A stretch of DNA of 60,755 nucleotides, filler included, from Sanchytrium tribonematis (GCA_018985235.1; 5 parts of 5 records of this genome joined end to end with filler, not necessarily neighbours in it); one strand, 5' to 3'. Positions 35,070 to 47,052 are shown, counted from the whole stretch's first letter. Made by a program: numbers and translations. Notes: a model not told the origin generated them from the letters alone.

Positions 35070-36511
35070 ATGTTAGCTTTCACCGACTATGAAGATACGT
35101 TTATAATCCAACAATTAGAAAACCTTTTACAAAACAAAGGCGATGCAAATATTAAAGACCTACTAACAGATCAGTTTGTTCAAAACATTGCAATTTCTGC
35201 AAGTGATAAATTTTCAATACATTCAGTTGATGACTATATAGAAAGAGTTCAACATCTTACCCTATTGGACCGCTTCAATCCTCCTGTTAAAGAAAATGTT
35301 TCATTTTTTGAAGGTTTTATGTCTAAGTTGACAAAATTTTATCCACAGACTCAAGAGCAGGGATCTGATAATCAAGAGAACGAAGATCTGAGTTCTGATG
35401 ATAAACTCATAGTGGAACATGTGGAGAATGTTGAATGCGATAGCTCGCTTCCTCAACCACCTATTCTTGCAACTCAACTTTTGGACTCGGATGACGACAA
35501 AACTAATATGGAATCAAATGAAGTTGTTGACTCAGAGAAAACTGAAGAAAATGTCGAAGAAATGGGATTTGAAAAGCTCTTTAAAATTTTGGAAGATTTA
35601 TATGGCAAAGATGGAGCAATGAAGCAATTCAGCGACTTTTTAATAGTTTCCAAATTTGATGCAGAAAAAATTCTATCGTCGTTTGATGGTTTAAGAATAT
35701 TGAATGCTTGTGTCAGACCGAAAACAAAGGGAATTTATTCCTTATTGTGGTATAATGTGAGATTGAAAATTCCAAAAGATTTACAATCAGAGATTAATTC
35801 AAGGCCCGATTTGATACCTTTTGTGATCAAGCTTCTCAAACAAGATTACGACTCCAATGATATAACGCGAAGGATTGTGAATTCTGATAAACTGATAAAA
35901 ACTCTGTGTGATTTGTATTGCTGTAAAATTAAGAAAAAAAATATCAGGGAAAAAATTAAGTTGTTGCCGTCTATTTCCACTAGTCGTAGAATTTTTAAAT
36001 TTTTGAGCGAAAGATATTTAAAATCTTTAAGAATGAACCCAAGAAGAATCACATATGATGATGTTGGCTTAATATCGTCTGAAAACAGTTTAGAAGAGAA
36101 ATTCTTTAATGAGAATGCATCTGTAAATACTATGAAATTAACAGATACTATATTTTCACCCATTAAAAGCTTCTCAGAAAATGAAATCAATCTTTCTAAA
36201 TCAACTGATAAACAAGTCATTACAATCGTCCAAGAAACTCCACCCAAGAAAGTAAGCTCAATTTTTTCTAAATCTAATTCGGTGAACAAAGTTGATCGGT
36301 CGATGAAAAGCGAAAATGAACAAATTTCGAGTCCATTAAAAACAAAAAGAAAGTCAGATCTCGAAAGGGATTCAAACAAAATTGATGCTAGACAGTCCAT
36401 ACCACATAATCCCGCCTTTGGAGACAAATTAAGATTACTTAAATCCAAATACCAGGATATCAACGAGGAAGAGATCTATAATAGATTACACCAATGCAAT
36501 TATAGTATCGG
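35070..36511 (+). CDS. Hypothetical protein, 3' truncated; possible Myb/Rap1-like
   Basis: Long ORF running into the gap; N-terminal FTDYEDTFII resembles Rap1-type Myb helix 1. Confidence 0.55.
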
Positions 36512-36611
36512 NNNNNNNNNNNNNNNNNNNNNNNNNNNNNNNNNNNNNNNNNNNNTTAATTAATTAANNNNNNNNNNNNNNNNNNNNNNNNNNNNNNNNN
36601 NNNNNNNNNNN
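36512..36611. other. Artificial contig-joining spacer
   Basis: N-run with TTAATTAATTAA. Confidence 0.98.
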
Positions 36612-37705
36612 GGTTCCCAGGGGACAATTCGCCAACAAAGTTAGTAACGACTCCCGAGGACACAAAGGTGGATCTTCAATCTATCTTAGCGCAAGTAAAA
36701 TCGCCAACCAATCCATCGCAGCCATCACTTTCAAACGTAAATCCGTTAAATTTAAACTCTGCTCCAAACGCGACTGGCCAGTTGGATCCTGCATTATTGG
36801 CTACTTTAATCCAACAACCTCAACTATTGCAGACATACACCAAATTATTGGAACAGCAGGTATTAAATAACTTAAGCCAACAGCAAATGCTTTTAGCACA
36901 ACCAAACATACCTATTCAGCAGCCGATACCTGCTCCACAAGCCCAATTTGATCCATCTAACCTCGCTTCACTGCAACAAAATTTAGCTCAAATGCATAAA
37001 AGACCTAACAAGCCCCAAACTCATCACAACTCACACCCGTATAAATTAAACTCTCCCCAAAATCCTCCAAATCACAGTTCCACAAATTCCAATGATTTAC
37101 TGCAGCAATTGGATCTTGCTACCATTGCTCAACAAAACTACACTTATACTCAAAGCGAGGGCGGGTGTGATGAGCTCCATATTCGCGTTCTTTCACGAAC
37201 ACTTTATGTTGGAAATTTTCCCGATTCTACCACTAAAGATGACTTGCACCATTTATATTCATCATTCGGCCCTGTAGACTCGATAATAATGACAATAAAA
37301 AAGAAAAATGCATTTGTAAAACTGAGAACTCGTGAAATTGCACAAAATGCTTTAAAGCAAACACATCTTAAACTTTATAAAAATAGAGAATTGAAGGTCG
37401 GATTTGCGTGTGGCTATGGTCCCAGAGACTCATTTGATTATCGACATGGTCATTCTGTGATTCCCTTAAAGAGATTAACAAAACAGGATCAAGAATGGTT
37501 GGTAAACACACCAATTGGTGGTATCAGAGATGGAAGATTGAGAGGAGGAATTACTGTAGAAGAGCCTCATATGAATGATTTTAAGAAGCAAGACTACACT
37601 CCTAAAGATGTCTTTGAAATGACGCACAATATTAAAACTAAAATCGACAATACAAGACCTCCAAAAGCGTCAGAAGATCCTCATTTAAATTTTGCCAGTA
37701 TCTAA
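36612..37705 (+). CDS. Nrd1/Seb1-like RNA-binding protein, C-terminal part (5' truncated)
   Basis: IRVLSRTLYVG RRM followed by GYGPRDSFDY..GHSVIPL.RLT..D..W...VEEP; Q/P-rich linker. Confidence 0.85.
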
Positions 37706-38177
37706 TAAATATATTGCATTCAAATTTTTATTTGATGCCTATGCTCTCATTCAATTACCTGCATTTATACTTTCAGTATTTCCATAAGGACCTATAATTT
37801 TGCCACGTAGCTAGAGTAGATCCTTTTCCACAGATTACAGCAAAATATAGATCAATTTCTAGTAATATGGAGATTACTACGTACTAGAATATGTTCAAAT
37901 GATTAACTGAAGTAATTCAAAAATTGCTCAAGAAATCACTCTGAATAAATATGTAGTGTATCATTGATGCATTCAACTAATTGCTGTGATTATATTTCTT
38001 ATTGAAATGATAACAGAGCTACCCGGTCAAGTTATTGTAGTTTAATTATACAAAAACCTCAAATAAAATTACGGAAAATTAATATTTTCTCCTTCAGTCT
38101 CGTTCCCAAGTCGCAACATCTGGAACTACTCTGATTTCTTTAAAAAACTGGTAAAATTGTGTTAAGCAAACTACCCA

Positions 38178-39083
38178 ATGTACAATGAAAGTCGAATAAT
38201 AGAAATGCCGTCACGACGATTAACTCAAATGTTTGAGCAAACTGATGTTTTTAATTTAACTATTGACGTGAATTTGGTAATTCGTGATTTAATCATGCAG
38301 ATTTTAGATGAAATGGAATATTATGGGCCAAATCAAATAAGAATTTATAATAATCCAGATGATATTAGAGTTGGATCATTTGCTCAAATTAACACTAATA
38401 TTCGTCATATCGATAGATTCTTTGCAGGAAGAAGCAACATTATTAGAAATTTGTCTTCCAGACCCAAAATGAATGGAGATCAATTTGTTAAAGTGGTAGA
38501 ATATCCAGACACGCAATTTAAAAAGTTATTTTTCAGCTTTACAGCGTCCGATCTTCAAAAAGCAAATGCTTCCTTATTACAAAAAATAGAAACTCCATTA
38601 GATTTCTATTCAAGCTGTAGCAGCACATCAAAACAACATCAATGCCTTGAAGTGATTGTTGAAGTCCGCCTTGTCAAGTCTATCAAATTTATTGGGGAGC
38701 AAGATGGGAATGCACTCAAAGATGATATCGCGTTTCTCGAAAGTAGCAATCATTACGAATACAAATGTGCGCATTATTACAAAAATCAAAATAACAACAA
38801 TATATCGATTGGTGGAGGTATGAATTATTTTTTCATTGGGAGCGAGCAGGTGTATAACTTAACTGAAGATATCACAAGCGGAACTCATTTAAAAACGATT
38901 GCGTCTTACACTTGGGTACCATTAACTGGTTCTACTTTGGAGCTGTACAACAAAGAGAACGACAGGAAATTAAGACCTACTGCCAAGAATATGATGACTT
39001 CAGAAAGTTCTGCTATAACTGATTTCGAGGGCTGCTATAAATCGAATTTGGAAACTTTTAACGTCCGCGTCAAGAATGAATAA
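38178..39083 (+). CDS. Hypothetical protein (301 aa)
   Basis: Long ATG ORF with stop inside AATAAA; no family recognised. Confidence 0.55.
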   Translation: MYNESRIIEMPSRRLTQMFEQTDVFNLTIDVNLVIRDLIMQILDEMEYYGPNQIRIYNNPDDIRVGSFAQINTNIRHIDRFFAGRSNIIRNLSSRPKMNGDQFVKVVEYPDTQFKKLFFSFTASDLQKANASLLQKIETPLDFYSSCSSTSKQHQCLEVIVEVRLVKSIKFIGEQDGNALKDDIAFLESSNHYEYKCAHYYKNQNNNNISIGGGMNYFFIGSEQVYNLTEDITSGTHLKTIASYTWVPLTGSTLELYNKENDRKLRPTAKNMMTSESSAITDFEGCYKSNLETFNVRVKNE

Positions 39084-39364
39084 AAGCGTAATGTTTTATT
39101 TATGCATCTTAAAAAGACGAGGTTCTTGTACAGAGCAGATAAACTCCATACTTTGCTTATTTTGCTCTGCGATTTACTGACTCTGCAATCATTCCAGAAA
39201 GGGTTCTTCACGTCTTTGCTAACACTTATAATTCCAGCCTTGGTTTCCAATAACAATTGGTGTTGGGCATCAAATTTTTAATTCAAATTCTCGAAATTTT
39301 GCTTGTTTTCCTCACTGCTTCTAACAAATTGCTCATATCATTATTTGATTTCCTCATTGAAACT

Positions 39365-40588
39365 CTATTGTAAATCACCTCTATCATAATATTCAAAGTA
39401 ATCCAAACCATTCTTCCTAACTCCTCTATGCCCGGTGAACATGGGTCGACAAAGAAATTTATCACTAAGCTTTGTAAATTTGATTGGTTTGCTTTCTTCG
39501 ATAGTATATTCTTTAAAAGGTACGAGATTTTTAGTAAAATTATTATGATTAAATCGCACATCTTTGAATATATCAAATTCATACGCTACTTTAACTCTGG
39601 GAACGAGCAATAATTTATCATAACCCATTTTAATGAAATCTAAACACAAAGTGGTACATTCACTTGCGCTGCACTCACCGGGAACTCGATGGCCATGTTC
39701 ATTCAAACCTCTTCTAAATTGTAATCCTTTTAAAAATGGTTTAATATCCAACATAATCATTCCATTCCAGATGCAAGAGACCTGTAATGGTATTTGGTTT
39801 AACCCATTCTCTAAAAATGGATCATCATCATTGTAAATTTGATCTAATGGCCCCGCTAATGGAATCAAACCATTCACATCTCTATGCACCCAATTGTCAT
39901 AGATACGAGGATACTTGAATTGCCTGTGCAATATATAATCAATGCCACTCACCATATGCGCCTTATTCAATTTTTGTTGATAAGCCAATTCTAAAATATC
40001 AGACATGCAAAAATAAACATCATTTATAAATAAAATAGACGAATAAGGTACTTTTTTATCAATCATTTTATAAAGTGGTCTCATTGCATCATTTCTAACA
40101 TGTACCAGGTAGTCTATTCGGTGCATATCAATTTCATTTAAATAAATTGGGCTTGTCGAAATATAATATTTAATATTTAGAGTATCTATCAGTGGAATAA
40201 ATAGACCTAATAGATATTTAGTGTAATCAGTTGAACCTGATTCATAAATTGATAAAAATATTTGATTTTTTTTATTTCTATTGATATAATTGACAAATTC
40301 AATCACGTTAAAAAGTAATTGAGGCAGAACATCTTGATTATTATGTAAATTGATGGCGATATAATAAGATTGATTTAAATGTGCATATCTTTGATGATTT
40401 ATAGATGGACATTGTGGAATATTTGGAAATGGCATTGAATTTGTAAATTGCTCATAATTAATGTGGTGGTATTGAATTTGAATATCTGAAAATTGTGGGT
40501 GTGGGTGTTGTAGCAGTATAGATGTGATTAAAAGAACAATAAATGTCAGATAAGGAGTTTCTAGAAAGATGTTAAAAATTTGAGACAT
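39365..40588 (-). CDS. CAP59/Cmt1-like alpha-1,3-mannosyltransferase (GT69)
   Basis: N-terminal TM; IAINLHN, LSIYESGSTD, RIDYLVHVRN.AM.PL, FINDV, YDNWV.RD, SCIWNG, ASEC, VPRVKVAY. Confidence 0.88.
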   Translation of the reverse strand: MSQIFNIFLETPYLTFIVLLITSILLQHPHPQFSDIQIQYHHINYEQFTNSMPFPNIPQCPSINHQRYAHLNQSYYIAINLHNNQDVLPQLLFNVIEFVNYINRNKKNQIFLSIYESGSTDYTKYLLGLFIPLIDTLNIKYYISTSPIYLNEIDMHRIDYLVHVRNDAMRPLYKMIDKKVPYSSILFINDVYFCMSDILELAYQQKLNKAHMVSGIDYILHRQFKYPRIYDNWVHRDVNGLIPLAGPLDQIYNDDDPFLENGLNQIPLQVSCIWNGMIMLDIKPFLKGLQFRRGLNEHGHRVPGECSASECTTLCLDFIKMGYDKLLLVPRVKVAYEFDIFKDVRFNHNNFTKNLVPFKEYTIEESKPIKFTKLSDKFLCRPMFTGHRGVRKNGLDYFEYYDRGDLQ

Positions 40589-40668
40589 TTTGGCCTACCT
40601 TGTGCCAAACCATGCTTTACTGAGATGTTCAGCCATTTAACATGCTGAGGCACATTGAAGTACTTTAT

Positions 40669-41655
40669 TTATAAAGAGCTACCATGAGAAGTGAGAGATC
40701 CAAGAATCTGAGAACCAATTTCTGGAATACCAGTAAATCGCGCAGCACCCGAAGAAGGTGTGGAAGAGGGTAATGGGATAACACCGGTTTGTACGTCATT
40801 TAAAAATACAGATTGTAAAGCTGTTTCAGTAGTCAATCTTTGTTCGGGTATATAATGAAGTAGACCATAAAGCAGATTGAAACCATTTTCGTCCAATTGA
40901 GGAAATAATTCACTGATATTTGTGGGTGGATATAGTGGAATGTCAGTGGGATAATTAACAAAATTAGTCACTCCGGGCCACGATTGATTTGTAGGTGTTC
41001 CCAAAGTTTTAAATATTAGTTTCAGTTGGTCTTTTGGATTGCTTCCAGGAAAAAGTGGTTTTGTCATTAATATTTCTGCAAAAATACACCCAACACTCCA
41101 TAAGTCGATCGAGTGAGTGTAATTCTTATTTCCTAATAAAACATCAGGTGCTCTATACCAAAGTGTGACCACTTCATTACTATAAACTCTAACTGGTATT
41201 CCGAAAGCCCTCGCTAATCCAAAATCGCCCAACTTTAATATTCCTTGCTTCGAAATTAATAAATTGCCAGGTTTTAAATCTCTATGCATGATTTTGCGAC
41301 TATGGCAATAATCCAGACCCTGAAGTAATTGAAACATGAATGATTTAACTGTACTTAATTCTATTTGACCAGAGTGATTATCGAGGTATTTCTTTAAATC
41401 AGTTTCTGCAAATTCGAAAACAAGAGTCAGTTTTCTTTCTGTATAAATGACATCGTGTAGTTTGACAATGTTTTTGTGCTGTAATTCTTTCAGTAAACTT
41501 ATTTCTCGAATTGCAGTGCAAGCAATTCCTTCTTCCTCGTTGTCTATTCTGATTCTTTTTAAAGCAACAAATTCGCCAGTGGATTTGTTCTGTGCTTTAA
41601 AGACGATTCCTATTGCACCTGAACCTAATTTTTCCAACTTCAAATATTGATTCAT
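40669..41655 (-). CDS. Cyclin-dependent kinase, CDK5/Pho85-like
   Basis: VALKRI, ACTAIREISLLKEL, HRDLKPGN, DFGLARAFGIPV..YSNEVVTLWYRAPDVLLG. Confidence 0.92.
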   Translation of the reverse strand: MNQYLKLEKLGSGAIGIVFKAQNKSTGEFVALKRIRIDNEEEGIACTAIREISLLKELQHKNIVKLHDVIYTERKLTLVFEFAETDLKKYLDNHSGQIELSTVKSFMFQLLQGLDYCHSRKIMHRDLKPGNLLISKQGILKLGDFGLARAFGIPVRVYSNEVVTLWYRAPDVLLGNKNYTHSIDLWSVGCIFAEILMTKPLFPGSNPKDQLKLIFKTLGTPTNQSWPGVTNFVNYPTDIPLYPPTNISELFPQLDENGFNLLYGLLHYIPEQRLTTETALQSVFLNDVQTGVIPLPSSTPSSGAARFTGIPEIGSQILGSLTSHGSSL

Positions 41656-41692
41656 TAATTGTTTGAGAGGGAGCAATTTCGCAAATCAAACA

Positions 41693-42199
41693 ATGGGGCT
41701 CACAATTCAGCGTACAAAGCACAACTTTGCCCAACTTGGACTGCAGTATTGGAACCAGTTTCAATTGGGACATGTACCTTTTAAGAAATTGCAGCTAATA
41801 TACTTTTTATCGCCAAAACCATTTGTTCCACCAAAATCTAATGATTGTCCACTCCATGAACTGAAAAAACAGGTTCTAAAACACGAATTGTTTATATCAA
41901 AAGACAAGCAAGTCACGAAGCTATTATTAGACGCAGATAACAAATGGATAACGCAGTGGAATGTAGATGAAGAAAAAGATGGATTTCTAAAGTACAAATT
42001 GATTAATTCGTTTCCATCTGCCAGAGAAATGAAGATTGATATGGAAGTCTTGCCGCCAAAATTATATACGCAACGTATCTTATTTGCTGTTCACTCAATA
42101 GAGGAAAAAGACGAGAAAGATTATTTTTCTCATCCCGTGCTTGGTTTTCATGCCTACGTTCAATCTCGTGCAAAATTTCAACCAACTAGTAAAAAATAG
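41693..42199 (+). CDS. Hypothetical ORF, possibly a detached N-terminal part of the downstream Crinkler-like gene
   Basis: ATG ORF divergent from the CDK gene; coding-like sequence continues at 42200-42414 with stops. Confidence 0.35.
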   Translation: MGLTIQRTKHNFAQLGLQYWNQFQLGHVPFKKLQLIYFLSPKPFVPPKSNDCPLHELKKQVLKHELFISKDKQVTKLLLDADNKWITQWNVDEEKDGFLKYKLINSFPSAREMKIDMEVLPPKLYTQRILFAVHSIEEKDEKDYFSHPVLGFHAYVQSRAKFQPTSKK

Positions 42200-42414
42200 T
42201 TATCTTTGATGCTTTTTCAAAAGAAAAATTGATAGATTATTAATCTTTATGCAAAAAAGACCCAACCGCAATCCCTTGGAACACTAGAAATCTGTGACTT
42301 TGAACGAAATTTATCAAATTAAAACACTAGATTATCCACCGAAGAAATAAAGTATATTCAGGCTCAACAAAGTATACATGATATCACGTTAACCTTGAAA
42401 GTAAAACAAGAAGG

Positions 42415-44163
42415 ATGAAAATTTTCGCAAAACTTCCATATCGAGAACAGGTTAAAGAACTAAATGTTACAAATGACAAGTGTATTACAATGAGAAGAGC
42501 GATTAAATTGAACTTTAAAGAATTCAAGCAAGTAAAACTCAAAGATATTTCATTTGACGAATTTGAGATAATAGGCAAATTACCAGCAGAATTCTTCAAC
42601 AATCATGGTAGTCCAGATAATGCATTTATAGTCAAAGTTAAATATATGTTTAGTAGCCCAGCCGAATATATTGAATTTTTTACACCTGGTAGCTACCTTG
42701 CACAAATTACCACATTGTTAAATGTTAACTTAAAGATTTATGTCCGAAATTGCTACAAAGAAATTTGGCAGTCTTTCAAGGATTATGAGTTGGAGCGGCA
42801 TAAAGATCAAATTTACCACCCTCAAATGATTGCCCGTGCTTTTCTAACAGGTACTCCAGGAATCGGACTAACTTCATTTCTACCCTTTCTGATCGACACG
42901 ATGTTGAAAGAGAAAAGGCAAGTCATGTTTGGATCTCGAGATCTTAAAGGGTTTATTTATTGGACATCAAAGGACACTTATAAACACATTAAAGAGGATG
43001 ATATCGAACCATATTTGACAGATAGAGACATTTTCTTTTTATTGGATTCAAGAGATTTATACAATACATTAGGTCCTTGTATAATTTGCTCATCACCAAG
43101 ATCAGATATTGCTAGTCAATTCCGCAAAACTGCATTAAAACTTTTTATGCCAGTATGGGAATGGCATGAGATTCAGTCTCTTCACCAGGAGGTTTATTTT
43201 GACAAATTCACTGTCCGTCAGCTTTATGCAAGATTTCATTTAATTGGAGGTGTACCTCGATATTTGTTTGAAAATCTACAAGAGATGGCTGCTACTATTT
43301 TGCATGATGCGCTCAAAGCGAGTGATAATTCCCATCTTCAAAGACTATTTGAATTCAAAGGCAAGAACGGAGAAGAGCCATCTCATCGATTGATTCACTT
43401 AAACAGCTCAATCGACACCGCACCACCCTGGGGTCAATATTCGTTATCATACGCTTCTGATTTTGTATCCACCATGGTCGCTTCCAAGTATCAAAAATTA
43501 AGAAATGATATGGTTGTTCAATGGCTAGACGAGACATCTGACATCGGAAAATCAGGTGGCTTACGTGGTAATCTATTTGAGACTCTCGGACATTTGCAAT
43601 TAAAAAAGGGAAATTTTGCGTGTAAAAGTCTCGAAAGTGATGGTGTCCAACAAACGATTGATATTCCATGCAAGAGTATAGAAATTATGGGTCAGCAAGA
43701 CATTTCTCAATCAGTCTGGGTGCCAAACATTTATTACAAGCCATTATTTAAATTCTGTGAATGTATTGATTCTTGGACAATCATTGATGGAGAGTTGTGG
43801 GCATTCCAATTCAAAGTGTCTTGTGATCACGATATATCAAATGCCTTGTACTGGTGCTTTTTGAATTGGAATCTGAAGCATCATGTGACTGTTGTGTATG
43901 ATGAGAATAAATTTAAAAAATATTCGAAAATGGATATCAAATTATCTGAAAAGAGTCCTTATGATAAAATAACAAAAGCACCACAAGGTTATGGCGTACA
44001 GCAACATGTTTTGCTATTGGATTGTGGTGGAAAATTCAGTATTGATGATTATTGGGAAATACAAAAGAAAGAATTAGAGCATGCTTTGGGAATGTTTGCA
44101 GATAGTGATGGCGACAATGTACAACAAGAGATTGATGCATTTAATAGTGTCATTTCCACTTGA
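42415..44163 (+). CDS. Crinkler/RHS-type protein: P-loop NTPase + PD-(D/E)xK nuclease-like domain
   Basis: LTGTPGIGLT, FLLDS, CSSPR, MPVWEWHEI, GGVPRY, GNLFE, CIDSW, AFQFKVS..H. Confidence 0.75.
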   Translation: MKIFAKLPYREQVKELNVTNDKCITMRRAIKLNFKEFKQVKLKDISFDEFEIIGKLPAEFFNNHGSPDNAFIVKVKYMFSSPAEYIEFFTPGSYLAQITTLLNVNLKIYVRNCYKEIWQSFKDYELERHKDQIYHPQMIARAFLTGTPGIGLTSFLPFLIDTMLKEKRQVMFGSRDLKGFIYWTSKDTYKHIKEDDIEPYLTDRDIFFLLDSRDLYNTLGPCIICSSPRSDIASQFRKTALKLFMPVWEWHEIQSLHQEVYFDKFTVRQLYARFHLIGGVPRYLFENLQEMAATILHDALKASDNSHLQRLFEFKGKNGEEPSHRLIHLNSSIDTAPPWGQYSLSYASDFVSTMVASKYQKLRNDMVVQWLDETSDIGKSGGLRGNLFETLGHLQLKKGNFACKSLESDGVQQTIDIPCKSIEIMGQQDISQSVWVPNIYYKPLFKFCECIDSWTIIDGELWAFQFKVSCDHDISNALYWCFLNWNLKHHVTVVYDENKFKKYSKMDIKLSEKSPYDKITKAPQGYGVQQHVLLLDCGGKFSIDDYWEIQKKELEHALGMFADSDGDNVQQEIDAFNSVIST

Positions 44164-46349
44164 AGACAGAGAATTGAGACGAGTTTATTGTTTGGATCCT
44201 TGTAGACTGCTAGATTTTAAATGGTAGGAAAATGTATAATATTACGAGTATTCAAATTCCGCTCCATCTTCCTTCATATCTAGTAACCAATAAAGATTTG
44301 AAAAAGAATTTAAATTCAAACTTTTATTGCTTCCATATCTCCCACCTTAAATTTCCTTAATCAAAAAATGGCAGTTATAAAAATTTATTGGCTATTTTGC
44401 ATATAATATCCTGCTTGTTCCCCTGCCACTTTCAACTCTACCGCGCTACGATTAGTTAGGTATTGTAAATAATGAAGTGGTTTAATTTGATAAACCACGC
44501 ATAAACCCACAAACATATTTTCAGCATAATTCAATTGATTTGTCCTATTTACATAGTCTATTAATATATCTACTATAGGGTTCAAAGTCTCAAATCCAAG
44601 TCTTCCCACTGTTATGTAATATAGAATTGGTTCTATATATTCAAAACCATTTGAATTTATATCAAATTTCTCCAAAATGTGGTTTATTATATTTTCAGAC
44701 TTGCTCAGATGACAGTGCATTTCATACTAGGTTAGCTGCGTCCAATTTATATTAAATCATTCGGGAGTTTTTCGGGTAATCGAAAGCTAAAATTACAAAT
44801 CGGGTCATAAAACAAACTATAAAAATGACTCAGAATGACGTGGCGGCGTCTCCTTGCGTTTCCTGTACAATCATGCCATCCCAAATTCTGGGGTCTTGTA
44901 AGTTGCGGTTCTTTATGTAATACGCTTAAGAAGAATCAGGTGACTTAAAATTTGTGAATTGTATACGAATGGACATTTAATTTTTTTGTCGCAGATTTTA
45001 GACAAAATTTGATAAGTCAAAGACACGATCTGTTCAAACAGAAGATGTTATGGGAAGTCAAGGCTATGGTGTAAATAAGTGAGAAATGAGGTGGTATAAT
45101 TGCCGATTTGTGAAATGATGTAAATTGCGGTCCAATCGCCAGTACACCTCCAACCTGGCAAATTTGGGATGTTTTGGTAGCAACCCAAGTTTGAAAAATT
45201 CGAGTTTGAAAGTTTTAAAAGTTTTTTCGTCCAAATGAAATTTTCACCCCTAAAACACCTCCGTTATATTGTACAATGAGTTAGATCATTAAAATCAAGA
45301 ACAATGAATGCCAAAAAGATACAAATCGTTTAATGTTTTCTTTCTAAGATGTTTTAATCTTTCGTGAATTTATCTTTGTATCTTGACAGACTTATGAGTT
45401 ATTCGCGATTTCATGGTCGCATTCCATTCATTGATTTTTGACGTTGCTCAATCGCTTCTTCAAATTTTCTCCAGCATCTCCCTAATTTCAAACATAAGAT
45501 TTTTAAGGGCATTTTGAGAGTCTGCCAAATTAATTGAAAGTTATTAAATGTAAATTAAAATCATTTGACTCCAACAGATATTTGAGAATATTCAAAAGTA
45601 ATTTTTAGATAAAGTTCTTGAAACTTAAAATGAGTTTGTCTATCCCATTTATTTTGAATTTGAAAGTTTATTTACTACTTTATCCAATGACCATTTCGAG
45701 CATGGATCTCTCTAATTCGCTTTGGCATACTGTTGACTAAACTTTCACGGTAAAAATCATCAAGTGTTTAATCACCATTTAGCTTGAAGGCAATGTCAAG
45801 TGTCGCAAACAGTCAAATCAGTAACTGATTGATTTCGCTCTGTGTTGGAACTCAATTTCAATCGCACTTGTGTTACCTGTGGAATAGCTTCTTCCTTCAA
45901 TAAATCTCTACTTAGATTATATTCTATCAATGACATCGGTCGCACTTGTTGTTCGCTTACAATCCTCGTATTTGCTAGATTAGCTACACCCTTCAGATTT
46001 AAATAAGGTCTTCTCTACAACCTCGAATAATCTCTCCGTAACAGTTCACATCTTCGTTTTCAAAGGTAAATCTTGACAAATCAATACCAATTATCCTACT
46101 AACGACTCAGAACATCGTTTATCCTTCTTTATCTTCGATCGAGGGGTTTCCAAAATGCCTTGAAATAAAATTTCTAATCGCCGAATATTTACTTTTTCTA
46201 GCAAATCGCTCGTTTGTAAAATACTTACAAATACATAGATGACTTTTCTCATAAATTGAATAGACGGAACTAGCTGCATACGTACCTCGCCACTATGTTT
46301 GTACTGTTAATCTAACCAAACAACTGCAGCTCTCGCCACATTTTGATGC

Positions 46350-46887
46350 ATTTCTAATTGCGAATCCTCCAATTTAATCTTTTTTGATACTTTTTCTTGC
46401 TTCGCAGTGCGTTGTTTGTCACATAGATAATCTTTTAATGTGTAATTTCTGAAGAAGGCGTACTACAGTCAATCAACTCAGAAGAAGGTGGTGTTTCTCG
46501 TGGCATTGTGTCTGCTTCTAATGCTAATTTGAACTCATATTCTCTAGTAAAAACATTCCAGGCTGCATCCCATTTTGGAAAAGCTGCTTTGGCTGCTTCA
46601 AAACCAGATCCTTAAGAACGGATTCGAAATGTTTTATGAAATTGAGCACGATAAGATACAATGCTATTAGAGATGTATTTGCCTGTGAGTCTGGTTCGGT
46701 CAAATGATGCGTCGTAAATGCGGTCGTCCTCCCACTCTGTTGCTATTTTATCTGCATGTTCGCCTTTAAGATTCCGATTGAATTTGTACTATTGAATTTC
46801 TGAAAGTTATCAGAATATTCTTGTAAAATGTCCGCCCACGAGCTCGTCGGGCACATTTGCGATTGATGGATCGGTCTCTTTTGCCAT
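46350..46887 (-). pseudogene. Decayed ORF (possible trihelix/Myb-SANT-like transposon accessory gene); 3' end approximate
   Basis: Frame from ATG 46887 stays protein-like through five in-frame stops (e.g. GSGFEAAKAAFPKWDAAW). Confidence 0.3.
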
Positions 46888-47052
46888 TTTGAATTTGTTT
46901 TATCCTTTATTTATTATGAAATACTCTTAAAATTTGAAATTTCATAATTCATTTCGCGCAATTATGAACTACCAATGGATAAACATCTCCATGTTTGAAA
47001 AACAATTTCATAATCCATGAAATGAATAAAAGAATGCACCCGGAGACCCAAT

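Noticed and set aside
225..35846. Numerous short antisense or overlapping ORFs in the track (e.g. 225..662, 990..1364, 7552..8618, 29822..32531)
   Set aside because: Shadow frames of well-supported genes; often non-ATG starts and no motifs
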